DNA of 57,967 nt, the filler included, from Dugesia japonica (Eukaryota): NCBI GenBank assembly GCA_001938525.1. It is 5 parts of 5 records of this genome, joined end to end, with 100 filler letters (N's around TTAATTAATTAA, not from the genome) between each part and the next. Parts side by side here need not be neighbours in the genome. Positions count along the whole stretch, not along the records: positions 22,199 to 31,562 come from MQRL01604458.1; positions 31,663 to 43,196 come from MQRL01616781.1; 3 more parts are not named here. The stretch is one strand, 5' to 3'. The notes under the pieces are model-generated. The model searched no databases. It worked only from the letters and a program-made list of their open reading frames with translations, and was not told the origin of the DNA. Position 1 is the stretch's first letter, and each line of letters begins with the position of its first letter. The translations under genes were made by a program, and so were the position numbers. Shown here in pieces: positions 26,418-38,167 of this stretch.

Positions 26418-27450
26418 ATGGTGGCAGCGGTTAACACCGACTCAATTACTGAATGTCTGCTTCCAAAATATTTTGCAAAGGTGACGATTTTGAGAGTTTT
26501 ATTAAGAGATGTGAGCTATATTTTGATGCAAAGGAATATTTTCAGAAAAAAGACCAAAAACGGTTAGTTTTATGCTTATTGAATGAAGATTTAGTAGAAG
26601 AATACGTTAAGACTGCGAAGAAAACAGATGGGTTTTAGTCCCGTTTGCGCCTGGCTTTTGAAAAAGATAAAGACATAGTGAAAGATTTACAGAATTTATT
26701 AAATTTTAAACAAGGAAACATTGAGGTGGAAGAATATGTAAAGAAAGTTGAAAATATGGTATGTAAGATATTTGATAATAAAGAGTTTACAAAGGAACAG
26801 TTAATTGCCAAAATGCTTGTTTTTTGTGCTGAAAATCAGAAGACAGAAAAAGAAGTAGTGCTGAGAAAACTAGAAACATTAGAAGAAATTAAAGAAACAT
26901 TAGTTTTGTCGGATCCAGTAGAGCAGAAGCGAGAACAAGTTAATGTAGTACGCAGTTATGTGACAGTTGTAAGTACATAACGAGCGGTACCGAGAGAGTT
27001 TACAGATGCCAGGCAATGAGATAGAAGTGAAAACAAAAGAGAGAGAAAATGTTGGATATGCCTTAAAGTTGGTCATAGAAGAGAGAATTGTCCTGTAAAA
27101 GAAGTACAGGAATGTTAATCGTTTCATAAAAAGGGCCAAATTAGTAGAGAATGCCAAGAAAGACAACAAATTAGATGTCTCGAGTACGGGAAAGTCGGTT
27201 ATATTAGAAGATGGTGCCCAGAGGGGCGATGCAGACAATGTAACAGTGGGAACGATCGGACGGAGAATTGTTATGGAAATACTGGAAGACGACAAATGGG
27301 GGGCAGAATAGATATGGATGAACAGAGGAGACGATATTATCAGTTAAACGTGATAGAAGAAAAAAACGAGAGAAAAGAACGAGAGCTTGATAGAGAATTC
27401 GAAGAAGAAATAAAAAAAATCTGTCCCAAACCAACGGGCTCCTCTAATAG
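26418..27450 (+). pseudogene. gag: Ty3/gypsy gag with four decayed CCHC knuckles
   Basis: GDDFESFIKRCELYF; knuckles CWICLKVGHRRENCP, C*SFHKKGQISREC, CLEYGKVGYIRRWCP, CRQCNSGNDRTENC; stops/frameshifts. Confidence 0.85.
26419..26431 (+). promoter_or_regulatory. Primer-binding site (tRNA-Leu type) TGGTGGCAGCGGT directly after LTR end ...AACA
   Basis: Complementary to the ACCGCTGCCA-CCA 3' end of eukaryotic tRNA-Leu(AAG/TAG). Confidence 0.8.
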
Positions 27451-27639
27451 AGGAGTTTGTCGGAGCCTTATATTATTAGAAAGACCAGTTGAGTATCTTC
27501 AGGGAGCAGGTAAGTGGGAGAATGAGGAAATTGTGTGGGAGAAGGTTTATCGGTTTATGAAGAGAAGGAATTTTAGTGAAGATGAAGTTCAGATCGTGGG
27601 GGCCATAGAAGAGGGACAAAAATAATAATAGGTTTGAAG

Positions 27640-28725
27640 GTAGACCTGGTGTGTCGATGTGTATTAATGGATATACAGTGGAGGGATTGCTAGATACAGG
27701 TGCACGTATTAATATGAAAATTTAAAGTGTTTCAACAAGTTGGAGGGGGTGCAATTGAAAAAAAGCGGTGATAAATTACGTTGTGCTAATAGTTGGTTGG
27801 AGACGGTAAAGAGAATATTTGCAGAGGTATAGATTGGATTAGTAATTCAGATGGTTACATTTGTGGCGGTCAAACCAGTAAATCCAGATGTAATTGGAGG
27901 AAAAGATTCGTTAAGGAGTTTTGGTCTGCAGCTTACACAAGCAAATTTTGCCAGTGTCGAAGAAAGATACAATAATTACATATGCAATATAGAAGAGCGA
28001 TTAGGAAGAAGAATTGGGAAAGGAGAACGTTGGACAAAATTTTGCAGTATATTTGGATCTACAGATGTAAGATTAAGGGAAATTTGTAAAGGAAAAGAAG
28101 ATGTGTTTATGGCGGACAAGTGGTATACAGGCAAGACACATTTGATTACTCACAAGATTTTTACAAATGGAGGTCCGATCAATGTTAAGCCATATAGACA
28201 AACATTAAATTTAGAGAGTAAAGTTGACGAGGCAATTCAGAATTTATTTGAAAATAATATCATTAGGAAATGCAATTCACCTTGGAATTGTGTGGAATAG
28301 TGTGCATTTGGAAGAAAGATAAGAAAGATGTTCGTTTATGTTTAGATTTTAGGAGATTAAATGCAATAACAGAGAGACAGGCTTTTCCTATGCCAAATAT
28401 AAATGAAAGGTTGAATGCATTGGACGGATCTGAGTATTTCAGAACGATTGACTTAGGGAACGCATACTATCAAGTAGAGTTAGATGAAGAATCACAGGAG
28501 AAAACGGCTTTTTCAACCAAAGTAGGGCAATTCTGTTTTAATAGAATACCGTTTGGAATAGCGGCGGCACCTGGAACGTTTCAAGAGATGATGACGAAGG
28601 GGATTCGAGGTTTGGTCGGGGCGATGGTGTATTTAGATGACATTTTGATTTTCTCAAATTTAAAAGAAGAACATTTTAAAATTATTGACAGGGTGTTATC
28701 AAGAAATAGGGATGCGGGATTTTTT
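27640..28725 (+). pseudogene. pol: Ty3/gypsy pol (protease + RT), truncated before RNase H
   Basis: LLDTGA; PINVKPYR, SPWN, RLCLDFRRLN, FPMPNI, IDLGNAYYQV, KTAF, PFGIAAAPGTFQ, VYLDDILIFS. Confidence 0.95.
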
Positions 28726-28754
28726 TTATGGTAACTTTTAGATGAATTCTGTCA

Positions 28755-29000
28755 AATTTTCCTGGTGAGGTTGAATCAGGTCTATTTTTGGAAAGTTTTA
28801 GACATTTGGTTGATAATTTACTCGGTTAAGTCGATTCGGTCTATTTTTAGCTGGTATAGGTGATAATTTGTTCGGTGATGTTGAATCAGGTATTTTTTGG
28901 CTGGTTTTAGATAGATAATTTAATTCGGTAAGGTCAAATCTGGGCAATCTTGATCAGTTTTAGGTGATAATTTCCTCGGGCTGGATAATTTAGGCTGAAT
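28755..29000. repeat. ~51-55-bp minisatellite, ~5 units
   Basis: Recurring GATAATTT..TCGGT.AGGT.GAATC.GGTCTATTTTT; begins where the gypsy pol breaks off. Confidence 0.75.
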
Positions 29001-30211
29001 TTTTTTACAGGAATTCATGGGAAAAGTTAAATTTGTTTAAATTTTCTAGTTTTTTTAAAAATAATTAAAATTTTTATGGTAAATTGGTGAAATTAATTGA
29101 AAAAAAGAATATGTACAATCTTAAAAGGTATACAAATAAAAAATTTTCAAATGAATGACCTTGAAAAAATAATTTTTCTTCTAAATCCTTAACAAAAAAA
29201 TTTTAACAAAAGAAAAATTTTAAAAAAATATAAAAAATAAATTAAACTAAAACTATAATAAAAAATTTTAAAAAATATTTGAAAAAAAATTTTTGGGGGA
29301 AGGAAATGGTTTGGATTCAAAGGAGGTACACTTGGTGCACTCATATCTACCTACTATAGTCAGTGTTAAATTAGGAGTCGAATGGTAACCATGCGACCAA
29401 AAAATCCCAAATCGAAATTTACTTCTACCAATGAAATTGCAAAAAATTTCGTAACACTTTGTCAGCTAGGTGGAGGTATTCTCATGCGCTACTATCTATC
29501 TACTTATCAAACGAAAATGTAAATATTTCGTCCAGATTTAAGGATATTTAATCTGAATCCAAATTTCCCAAGTCGTATTTTGATACAAAAAAACAATTTT
29601 AATTTTTGTAAAATATTGTTAAAATATTAAACTACATTTGAAAAATTTTGTAAAATAAAATAACTGATTGAAAAGAAATCGGAAATATTTATTTTATATC
29701 GATACCAAATATATTGATAATTATCATCTTTTTACATTTCGTTTAATTCGGAAAAATAAAGTTAACCAAGAGACAACATATTGGACCAGGCACGAAAAAC
29801 CATTACACAAACTAAGATACCATACACACACAGAAAATATTTATCAATAAAATCACATTTTATCGAACTTTATTATTGGTTTAGAGATAAAAGTGTGCAA
29901 CTCTCGATTAAATTGGCTTTCTGATATTGCTCGTCATTTCTGTTTGTACTATCTTTGACCAAATAATTGAAACAGACATATAATAATATATCGGTATCAA
30001 TAATAAAAAGTGGCTATCAAAAAAAAATGTTAAATTTAAATATAAACGATTAGAATGTTATTATAATATTGATTACGATCTAGAGTCGCTGCTTCCATTT
30101 TTGCTATTTGTACATTGTCCACTAATTCCATTATTGAATTGCTGAGATTTGTAGACGGGATAAATTAGGAACAAATCGATATAACACACATTCTGCGATT
30201 AAATTGCAACA

Positions 30212-30679
30212 TCACAATCGCACTGCTTGACTCAATAAGCGTTGTAGGCACTCAGACATTGCTTCCTGTTTACAAATCTGCTGACAGACCTCAGTGTAAT
30301 TGATAAAGCGCATCATATTATCCGAACAGTTTGCGTTGGGTTCAAATCCTATTTTTGAGATAATTTTTGAATGCAAATGATTGGTTTCTGGCAAAAATTG
30401 AACATATTCATTGGCGGTTTTCAGATATTCATCGATTCGATACATGTGGAATCCTGGCAAGTTCAGTTGTGCTTCATTTAAACTGTGAGGCGTGGAATTC
30501 AAAGAAGACGTTGTGTGACATCCACTAACTTGGCTGTTTCCATTTGAAGATAATCTAATACTAGAACCTTTACCACTATCATATGAATGGGGTGAAACAT
30601 CCATATCGAATTGAGACAAATGCTCGGGAGTTGTTTTCGGAAACTTTGAATCAAAAAGTTTTGAGCTGTCCTTCGGTAA
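30212..30679 (-). CDS. Isolated host exon, probably terminal, Ser-rich with DSGKGSS motif
   Basis: TTTTTCAG acceptor, 155 open codons with raised GC; product unidentified. Confidence 0.6.
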   Translation of the reverse strand, partial: LPKDSSKLFDSKFPKTTPEHLSQFDMDVSPHSYDSGKGSSIRLSSNGNSQVSGCHTTSSLNSTPHSLNEAQLNLPGFHMYRIDEYLKTANEYVQFLPETNHLHSKIISKIGFEPNANCSDNMMRFINYTEVCQQICKQEAMSECLQRLLSQAVRL

Positions 30680-30829
30680 CTGAAAAAATCCATTTATTAG
30701 CACAAATAATAGAAAAATCATCGCTATAATCGATTTACTTTGTTGATCTAATTTGATGTATTATTTTAATATCTAAACTTAAATAATAGAATTTATTGAA
30801 AATTTTTATTACAAATAAAATGTTTATAT

Positions 30830-31400
30830 AAAAACCGCTCTATATAAGCAAATTTCTGTAAAGGCAGGTTCTATATAAGTAAAAATTTATATTCCTTAAT
30901 TCTATATAAATAGATATTCCACAAGTCATCTAAATATGCATGAAAAATGAGTTCACATATTTACGGAATGATACAAAAAATAGTAGTCAAAAAATTTAAA
31001 TATTAGGGCGATTTTATTGGTCGATAACGCGACTTGCCATCGCACTGAAAATATGTTCACTGAGAATGAGAGCTTTAATGAGATGTTTTTTTAATACCAA
31101 ATGACACCACTTGTTGCAATCGCTGGACCAAAATGTGATCAAATCACTAAAACAGCGCTACAGAAGCACCTCCTTACTACACTGGCTGGTTTATTTGAAA
31201 ACCAAGAAAGAAACAGATTCAATAGTTTCCGCTTTGAAAAGAATTCATTTAAATGACGTGATATATTTAACTATTCAAGCATAGAATGAGATACCACAAT
31301 TTTTAATTAATAATCCAATGTCGTGATCCAATTTAGAACATCAGCTGATTGCTCTAAGGAAGAAAATAACATTCTGCTGACTCGATTATACAACTTAGTC
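30830..31400 (+). pseudogene. Tigger/jerky (pogo, DDE_1) transposase remnant
   Basis: RAILLVDNATCH and LLQSLDQNVIKSLKQRYR; TIR-like AAAACCGCTCTATATAAG at 30831. Confidence 0.85.
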
Positions 31401-31751
31401 TTCGGAGGTAGTACTTGTAGCGAGAATAAAATAATAGAATGCACAGATGGGTTCATTATCATTCCGTAAACTCGACTGAACCAATTTTAAAAAAATTGAT
31501 TATATAAAATAAATTGCTAATATAGAAAAAAATCTGTTTTTTTTTAAAAAATTGGATCAGTCNNNNNNNNNNNNNNNNNNNNNNNNNNNNNNNNNNNNNN
31601 NNNNNNTTAATTAATTAANNNNNNNNNNNNNNNNNNNNNNNNNNNNNNNNNNNNNNNNNNNNAAAAAAAATTATAAATATGAATAAATTTAAAAATAAAA
31701 CATTACTTTTTTCATGAATAAGGTCCTCCTGACCATTATTGAAAATAATTG

Positions 31752-32479
31752 GTTGAAAATGTGAAGAAGAGGATGGATTTGCGATTATGCAATACAAGTA
31801 AGAAGATGATAATATACGCATAAAAACCCATCGTCCGGAAATCCATCAAGATTGATGAGGACTTGATAGCAGCTTTGATGAATAAAGAGTCAGTATGCTT
31901 AGATCGACCCAGTTACCTTGGTCAATCAGTACTTGACTTTAGAAAATTACGAATCTACCAGCTACAGTACATTGAGCTCATAAAGTACAGAAAACAAGAA
32001 AACTGTACAATTAATATTTTAGCTGACGATAATGACAGTTTTTTTTATGGAAATAATTGGTGTAAAACTAGAAAAACTTTGATCATTAATGAAAAAAGAT
32101 AAATTGTTGGATACATCAAATTATAGTAAAGAACATCCACTGTACATTAATATTTTAAATTTTGTCATTGGGAAGTTTAAGGATGAGATTAAAGGGAATA
32201 AGTATCAAGAATGGGTGTTCCTGAGACCAAAGTGCTATAGCCTGCTTAGTGAAAGCTAAGGGCATAACACTAAAGAAAACAAACCTTTCTCATCAGTCAT
32301 ATCTTGACTGTTACAATGTAAATCAATCGGTCTCTGTAGATCAATTTCGGATCATCAGTAAGAATCACCAATTATTTAGTGTAAGATCAAAGAAAATAGC
32401 TTTATCAAATAATGATGACAAGAGATATTAATTAAATGAAAATGAAAGTGTACCTTATGGACACTATAAAATAAAATAA
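31752..32479 (+). pseudogene. polB: Protein-primed family-B DNA polymerase, C-terminal part
   Basis: ENVKKRMDLRL, RPSYLGQSVLD, ADDNDSFF (YTDTDS), DTSNYSKEHPLY, GKFKDE, LRPKCYS, KAKGI, DDKRY, PYGHY. Confidence 0.93.
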
Positions 32480-33057
32480 ATACTTTTTCGCATAAAACAA
32501 AAAAATCTAGTCACATGAAGAACAACTGAAAAAAAAGTGGCATTTATTTATTTTTTTTAACAAATTAATTAATTTATATTTTAGAAAAGAAGAAATCTCT
32601 GTGTATATATAAACGCTTAACAGTTCCTATTTAGTATCATAACTGTGATATGTTATAAAAAATATGTTTTTTTTTAATTTTTTTGTTATTTTTATAATAA
32701 AATATTATTTTATCATGATCATGTTATATAAACAAAATTAAAAAATTTATTGTTCTATTATCATGAATTTAGATTTGGTAGTAGAACAAATGGTTGAAAA
32801 TATTGAATCAAATTACCCTGATACAACATTTAAATTATCTACATCAATTAAGCAAGGTAATAAAATTTTATGTTTAAATTAAGAATTTAAAGTTGATAAA
32901 CAAGATTTTGATAAATAAGATTTATTGATAAATGACATTGATAAATAACAACAAATAACAACAAATGAAAAGAAATGTTTTTATAACCAGAAAACTTCAT
33001 GATCCTTTGCAAATTTTGTTTGACAGACTGGATCTAAACTAATAATTAATATTTTAT

Positions 33058-33835
33058 TTAAAAATAAATAATAAAATTACCATTATTTTTATATCTGTTA
33101 ACTCGACATTGTCTTTGTTTTCCTAAAGCTAAAGACAAAGCTTGCACTTTGATATTAAACTTAGTGCTATCAATTGTTTCTGGGCTTTTATATTCATAAT
33201 CAAAGTTTAATCTGTTGGCAATTCTTTTCTTCTCTTCTTTATAAATTTCAATTGCAGCTGTTGGTGGATTAAGCTTAAAAAATTTTACCAGATTTTTCAT
33301 AAGAAATTTCATATTTTCTAATTCCTTTGTATCGAATTTCAATTTTTCTTTTGCATTCTTCTTAGCGCAAGTCAACTAAACTGTCCATAAATTGCATTTC
33401 TATTAATACATGAAGTCCTCCTTGAATTCTTTTCTCAAACTTGTATCTATATAATAAGATCTCATTTTTTGAGATTTCTCTCATCGGAGACATAAACGGA
33501 TCCAGATTGTAATGAATTTTTAAGATTTCTGCTCTGTTCACTACACCTCGTGATAGGTTATCTGGATAATTTGTTGCATAATTCTGATTGAAGACTGAAC
33601 AAATTTTATACTTACCATCATTATCCTTCTGTGAATTTTCATTAGCTTCATTGCATTTATAAAATAATGAAATAATAAATAAAATTTCAGTTTATATACT
33701 CTTGTATGTGTGCATATATATTATTGGTTCTAGATTGGACAGAAAAATACTTGGAACCATTGATGAACCAAATGGAGGAAGAAAAAAATCAAAGAAGATG
33801 AAGGAAATAATTGTTGTATTTAATAAATGTATATT
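33058..33835 (-). pseudogene. Uncharacterised accessory gene, possibly spliced and secreted
   Basis: Hydrophobic leader, GT donor at 33699 with ~40-nt AT-rich intron-like gap, 98 open codons, then a frameshift into the 105-aa ORF. Confidence 0.4.
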
Positions 33836-34639
33836 AACGTAAATAGATTTTTCTTTTAAAAGTAATATGTACGATAGTGTTGCAATAGAGATGCAGCACA
33901 CATGCGCACACATTTATGCAAAATTGTGTGTATGTAAATTTGAAACCATTAAAATACTGCAACTCAGATGCAACTCATGAGCAAATTAAAAAATATTTAC
34001 AATACGATTGCAACATGGCTGCAACACATTCACACAAATCATGAGTTTGAGAATTTTTATTTTAAACATTTTAAACCATTAAAATATAACAATAATCCTT
34101 CTTAAATACCGTAAATATATAAATAATATGTGGTAACTATGTAAATTAACACATGGTAACTAATAATAAATTAATTTTTAAAAATTTATATTCATATTAC
34201 CCTAATTATAATAATAAGAATTATGATAATATGAAATTAAAAAATCAATAAATATATTGATTGCTTAATTTCATATTACCATAATTCTTATTATAGTAAT
34301 TATAGTAATATGAAATNNNNNNNNNNNNNNNNNNNNNNNNNNNNNNNNNNNNNNNNNNNNNNNNNNTATTACCATAATTCTTATTATAGTAATTATAGTA
34401 ATATGAAATTAAAATTTTCATTTTTAATTTCAAATTACTTAAGAAATAAAAATTAAACAATCAATATATTTATCGATTGTTTAATTTTATATTTTCTAAA
34501 TTGTATTTGAAATTAAAAAATGGAGAATTTAATTATTTTTTTCTTTATATGTTAATTTAAATAAAATTTTAATTATATTTTTAAATATTAATTTAAATTT
34601 AGTTAAATAAAATTTTCCATTAATATATGTTTAATGTTA

Positions 34640-34732
34640 TTTAAGGGTTCCATAGTAATATGGTCTATGCTGATTAAAGATTCCATAATTATATGGTCAA
34701 TGCTATTTAAAGGTTCCATTAATATGGTCAAA
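34640..34732. repeat. Three tandem ~32-bp units (TTAAAGGTTCCAT..TAATATGGTC.ATGCT)
   Basis: Direct sequence. Confidence 0.8.
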
Positions 34733-35104
34733 AGAAAATGAGACAAAGATGTGCTAAATAATTTTTAAAAAATGTCATGTATTTAATAAGTAACAGTTGC
34801 CTTGGAACTCCTGACCATTTTGCGGATCTGAGTCTAGTCAATTATGGACGATGATGACTGATTGTTTTTTTAAACAATTGTAGCGGTGTTCAATTATGTC
34901 TGAATGCGAATGGATGAAGCACTAATACCGGAGATACACATACTGTAATCGAGCTTAGCCTAGTTAAAACTACGCAAGCTAATCGATAAGTTCGGACTGT
35001 ACATGTCGGAGGAGGTAATGTTATGGTATGGAAGGAAAACCAGACTATTACTGAAACAATGCATGAAAATAATTAATAATTTATAATAAAAAACTTAAAA
35101 AAAA

Positions 35105-35786
35105 ATTTTAAATTTTGCGCCAAAAAATAAAAGATAGAGAAAAGAAGAATAAGAATAAAGAAAAAAAATTTTAAATTTCACGCCAAAAAAAGTTTAATTT
35201 CCTACCAAATTACTTGAAAACTAAAACTAAACTAGATCTCACCGCATCCAATCACCATAAAACCAATGAAATCAAACACAAATTCAAACAAACCTCCCCC
35301 GGGGGGCTCGATAACTGATAACCCTGTGTTTGATTTTGTGCCATATGTTATCGTGGATCATTCATAAAAAGATGGGAAAATTTTAAAAAAATTAAACAAA
35401 GATTTTTAAAAGATTTAAAAGAAAGGATAGAAGGAAAAGAAGAAAAAGAAGTAAATGAAGGAAAAGAAGAAAAAGAAAAATTAACTATCAAAAATCTGAT
35501 CCGATCAGAAATCCTATCAAAAACTTCTTAAATCCAAGATGGCTAGTAACTTATACGGTTGATGTGAGCGCACAAACACAGAAATCCTTGCTAAAAAATA
35601 AATTTTTTGTTTTAATCAATCACGAAAATCAAAATCAATTTTAAATTTCCCGCCAAAAAATTTTACAAATTAAAACAAAACTACATCTCCCCGCATCCAA
35701 TCAAAAACCGATCAATGAAATCAAACACAAATTCAAACATACATCCCCTCCCTCCCGGTGGACTCGATAACAACTACTGTGTTTGT
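35105..35786 (+). promoter_or_regulatory. Duplicated ~170-bp module (35165-35336, 35636-35786) with E2F-like, CCAAT and YY1-like sites; Maverick terminal-repeat-like
   Basis: TTTGCGCCAAA 35114, TTTCACGCCAAA 35176, TTTCCCGCCAAA 35646, CCAAT boxes, CAAGATGGC 35535. Confidence 0.6.
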
Positions 35787-35791
35787 GCACT

Positions 35792-35927
35792 AGTAGATGT
35801 AAAATGAAGGTTTCCACGCAAGGTTATACCTATACTCGTAGATGGCATCGATTTACTTTCGTAAATTATAAATAGTAAAATAGCATAGGGTAAATAACTG
35901 CGTGGCAACCGTCATTTTACATCTACT
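35792..35927. mobile_element. 136-bp element with 29-bp inverted repeats (AGTAGATGTAAAATGA.GGTT.CCACGCA)
   Basis: Two mismatches between arms; right arm followed by TGGG TTAA. Confidence 0.75.
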
Positions 35928-35988
35928 TGGGTTAATGGTTTGATTTTTTTGGATTTTAAAAATTATAATAAAATTAAAAAACAATAAA

Positions 35989-36278
35989 ATGAAAGAATAT
36001 ACTTGTAATGATTTTTAAGAAAAATTTGATGGTAAAATTAATTTATATAAACATTTAGATTTAAATTTATGTAAAACTGTTTTAACTTATGAATGGTTAT
36101 TGTAAAAAAAACATTAAAGATTAGTAAAAATAGGTTTCAAGAACATCAAAAATTATGTATTGTTAATAAATTTAAACCTCCAGGTATAGTTTACACAAAA
36201 GAGGAAATTGAAGAAGTTCATAAATATAATGTTAAAAATTTTATATGTAAGAATAATTATCATTATTATAAAAAATAA
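35989..36278 (+). pseudogene. Small viral zinc-finger protein remnant
   Basis: YTCNDF*EKF...LYKHL and (C)GYCKK...QEHQKLC, decayed C2H2/C2HC pattern. Confidence 0.5.
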
Positions 36279-36340
36279 AATCCTAAAAGAAAAAATATAA
36301 TATCGGAATAAAACAGTAGTTTTGTTATTATTAATATTTT

Positions 36341-36413
36341 AGTAATCGTAATCGTAATCGTAATCGTAATCGAATAGTAATTGAAGAGTAATCTAACAGT
36401 AATCGTAATCGTA
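36341..36413. repeat. (GTAATC)n hexamer repeat
   Basis: Direct sequence; would encode NRNRNR on +. Confidence 0.85.
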
Positions 36414-36603
36414 AAGGTATTGTAAAAGTTTTTATCAATAAAATGGTTAGTAATGAGCAAAGTGATTTTTAGAAAAACTCCTAAAAAGTTATAATTTTAT
36501 TTAAAACCCTATTTCAAAGTTTTGTAAATAAAATAAGAATTTCTAAAAGTTGTTGAAAATACTATTCGAAAGAAATTATAGAATTATTTTATTTCTAAAG
36601 AAA

Positions 36604-38155
36604 ATGGATCCAACAAAATTAAATATTGATAATAAGATTACTTTCCGTCATTTTTTATTAAAAAATGATGTATTAAAAATTAAACCAACATCTGGTTCAA
36701 TTAATAATTTAATAGAAAATGAAGATATTACTTTTCAATCATTATTAACTACAACTCCATTAGATATTTGTAATTCAATGTTATATTTTTATATTACTCT
36801 AGAATTTGGTGATACTGATAAAAATTATGAAAAAATATCTTTGGAAAATAATTGGTTTCCAAGTTTATTCAAAACAATAAGATTAAGTTTGGGTTCTACA
36901 GATGTAGAAATAATTAAAGAACCAGGGATAATATCAACAATGTTGAATTTTGTAACAACTAGTTCAACTTATAAAAAAGAATATGGAGAATTATCAGGAT
37001 GGGTTCCAGATGCTAAAAATTGAGATACCAATGTTAAAAGTTGGCTAGCAAACTTAGTTTTTTTTGAAAGAAGAAGATTATATGAAAAGAAATTTGAAGG
37101 TTATTTTCCTTTGAAAAATTTATTTGGATTTTTACAATGCTACAATCGATTATTATACAACACACTGATTGAATTAACTTGCAATCGGCAAATTGATGAT
37201 AAATTAATATTCTTTGGATATAAAGACACAACTGCTAGTTTAAAATTAATAAATTTAGAATTGCATATTCCTGAATGTAAATTAAATCCAAAAATGGAAG
37301 TAAATCTGTTGGAAAGACTTTTAACGAATAAATCTATTCAAGTTTCTTATTTAAATAGAATTGTTTCAAGAACAACTTCGGATGTGTATGATTATTATTC
37401 TGTTAAATTAGCTAAATTAGCTTATAAGCCAAGATATATAAATTTTAAGTTATAAATTTAAGGTTATATTAAATTTAAAGTTATAATTTTATTTAAAACC
37501 CTATTTCAAAGTTTTGTAATGAAAATAATGTAAATGAAAAGACAGTAACAAAATATTTAAGAGAATTTAATATTCCATATAATCAAAAAAAACACATTAA
37601 AATTGCAAAACGAGATGTTTCTGGTCGATATGAATCTTTAATAAAACGATTTGATAAAACTAATTCAAAAGATTTGTATAAAAGATACAGAAATTTCATT
37701 TCAAAAGAATAATAATTTATTTTTTCAACAGATTAGTAAAACTGTTGAAAATGAAAAGAAAGAAAAAGTTACAACAAAACATTCTCTCAAAACTATACAA
37801 TTAGAATTAAATAACAAATTATCCTATAAATGAATGTAAATTAAATATTAAAGATAATAAAATGGATTTTCCTTATTTAGGTTTTATAAATTGTTGTTAA
37901 GACTTTTCCATTGAGCCTCAATTATCTCTTCAAGATTTTCGTTATATATATCCATTCTTTTGTTTTGATTTAAGTTCTCAAGATGATAAATTAAATATTA
38001 ATAATGTTGATGTAACTTTACACATAACTAAAGATACTGATTTTAAAGGAAATATATATTGGTGTATTTTAGAAGAAAAACATATTGAAATGAAATTAGA
38101 GAATTGGAAAATTGTAATGATTGAAAATAAAAAAGGATTAGATTTAAAAAATTAA
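36604..38155 (+). pseudogene. Major capsid protein (double jelly roll/hexon), disrupted
   Basis: LENNWFPSLF, EPGIISTMLNF, FPLKNLFGF, KPRYI, QLELNN.YP, YPFFCFDLSSQ; stops and a 231-bp insertion at 37441-37671. Confidence 0.9.
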
Positions 38156-38167
38156 TTATGCAATTAG

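Noticed and set aside
28755-29000. Repeat array as CRISPR-like
   Set aside because: Whole units are homologous, no unique spacers, eukaryotic context without cas genes.
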